This document shows, in pieces, positions 62,694 to 64,000 of a DNA stretch of 64,000 nucleotides (position 1 is the stretch's first letter; every line of letters begins with the position of its first letter). Under the pieces are notes generated by a model. The model had not been told where the DNA came from. It made no database searches and saw only the letters and a list, made by a program, of their open reading frames with translations. This DNA is from Bacteriovoracaceae bacterium. GTDB taxonomy: Bacteria > Bdellovibrionota > Bacteriovoracia > Bacteriovoracales > Bacteriovoracaceae. A program made the position numbers and the translations under genes. The DNA lies in contig OZ244226.1 of the NCBI GenBank assembly GCA_965217035.1, positions 2,462,146 through 2,526,145 of the forward strand. The letters are read 5' to 3'.

Positions 62694-63330
62694 TGTGATT
62701 GTGTTCCCTGATCCAAACTTGGCAGGAGATGACGGGCTTCTTTTTCTGGGAGGAACTCCTAATGCGCATAACCTTTTAAATGCCTATAAAAATGGAATTT
62801 TCCCGTGGCCGGTTAGCAAAGAGTTTCCGGTTACCTGGTGCTCTCCAAATCCTCGAGGGGTTCTCTATCTAAATAAGTCGCATATTCCGAAAAGTGTTTT
62901 GAAACTCTTAAAGAAAAACGAATATCGTATCTCTAAGAATGAAGTTTTTGAAAAAGTAATTCGTCTTTGTGATGAATCTAGAGAAGGTGAGACTTGGATC
63001 ACTGAGGAGATCATTGAAGGGTATAGTGAGCTTTTTTCAAAACGATGGGCCTATAGTTATGAATGTTGGAAGGGTAAAGAGCTTGTAGGAGGGCTCTATG
63101 GAGTGAATATTGGTAATTTTTGGTCAGGAGAATCAATGTTTAATCTTGAAAGTAATACTTCGAAGCTTTGTCTGGCCCAACTCCTGGAAGATCTCAAGAT
63201 GAAACAGGTTGAATGGATGGATATTCAAATGGTAACACCTTTAACAGAACAATTTGGTGGAGAAGAAATTTCCCGAGAAAATTTTCTAAAAATCTTAAAG
63301 CAAAGAGATTTTAGCGATCAATCTCAATAG
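62683..63330 (+). CDS. aat: Leucyl/phenylalanyl-tRNA--protein transferase
   Basis: AYKNGIFPW, SPNPR, TWI, LVGGLYGV, GESMF. Confidence 0.94.
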   Translation: MSRDVIVFPDPNLAGDDGLLFLGGTPNAHNLLNAYKNGIFPWPVSKEFPVTWCSPNPRGVLYLNKSHIPKSVLKLLKKNEYRISKNEVFEKVIRLCDESREGETWITEEIIEGYSELFSKRWAYSYECWKGKELVGGLYGVNIGNFWSGESMFNLESNTSKLCLAQLLEDLKMKQVEWMDIQMVTPLTEQFGGEEISRENFLKILKQRDFSDQSQ

Positions 63331-64000
63331 AGCTAAGTCCGATTCCTTTTCCAATTTGGTGCAATTGAAAAGGACTTAAACCATTCATATGTTTTGAAAG
63401 GAATTGTGCTTGATTGAAATCTGGAGAGCGAATAATAAGAGTTTCTTTCTTCTTTCCCTTGGAGAGAAGAATAACATTAGAAAGACCATTTGTTTTCTCT
63501 ATATTTTGTCCGACAAGTAGTCCTGGGCATTCTTGAAGAAGTGTTTGAAGAGTTACTTCTTTGCCACTTCGTTTTACTGCTAAATTATCAAAAAGATTGT
63601 GGATGATTTTAATTGATTGATGGATTTCATTTTTTCTCACAAGAAATTGATCATAGAGAGATCCATTAATTCCAAGTGGGATTTCAAAAGAAAGGTCAGA
63701 ATAAAGATAAAAGGGATCATTTAAGCGTGAATCAATTCTTAACCCTGATGCCTTTGCGAGTATACCTGTTATTCCATAATTAATAAGTTCTTTTTTTCTA
63801 TAGCTTCCAAAATCAATTTTTCTTTTGAAAAGGTTATAATCTTTCTCAAAAGGAAGATTTTTTTTCAATATTTCGATTTTTTGAATCAATATGATGAGAT
63901 TATCTTCAACATATTGAAGATGCCTTTGAAAATCAAAATCATATTCGCTTGGAGTAAAAAACTTTTTGAATTCTTCGAGGTTCTTTTTATATGTTCTAAA
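63311..64000 (-). CDS. Divergent NuoD / complex I 49-kDa subunit-like protein (5' end outside window)
   Basis: GITG.LAKASG...D.R..DP...Y....F.IP.G..G..YD.F.VR..EI.QS.KII and terminal EIDR; frame open to window edge. Confidence 0.7.
   Translation of the reverse strand, partial: FRTYKKNLEEFKKFFTPSEYDFDFQRHLQYVEDNLIILIQKIEILKKNLPFEKDYNLFKRKIDFGSYRKKELINYGITGILAKASGLRIDSRLNDPFYLYSDLSFEIPLGINGSLYDQFLVRKNEIHQSIKIIHNLFDNLAVKRSGKEVTLQTLLQECPGLLVGQNIEKTNGLSNVILLSKGKKKETLIIRSPDFNQAQFLSKHMNGLSPFQLHQIGKGIGLSSIEIDR

Overview
AT-rich bacterial chromosome segment whose gene content (TIGR02147-type HTH protein, DUF3108 lipoprotein, many short-signal-peptide hypotheticals, Lys-rich histone-like protein, CCGA-type promoter motifs) suggests a predatory Bdellovibrionota, probably Bacteriovoracales-like; this is inference, no search was run. 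Core blocks: prfB (programmed +1 frameshift)-lolC/E-lolD-bamA-skp-lpxD-fabZ-lpxA-gnnA-like-lpxB-lpxK (0.3-12.6 kb); rpsA, clpS-clpA, histone-like gene, pepD, ftsB-like, aspS-fadB-fadA (14.7-31 kb); engB, sigma-54 activator, accA-yicC-gmk-rel, map, agmatinase-like, aat and a divergent nuoD-like gene (47-64 kb). An accessory zone (about 31-45.8 kb) ends at tRNA-Leu(CAA). It holds an M4 protease, an RRM gene behind a ~550-nt structured leader, a fatty-acid hydroxylase, an internally deleted IS5, a type III PKS/membrane protein/O-methyltransferase operon, an ISL3 stub and a probable serine-recombinase tail reading into the tRNA. Best leads: the PKS operon, the structured RRM leader with an SD-sequestering hairpin, a recurring leaderless-promoter architecture and the decayed tRNA-Leu integrative element. 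No CRISPR array, rRNA or prophage seen.
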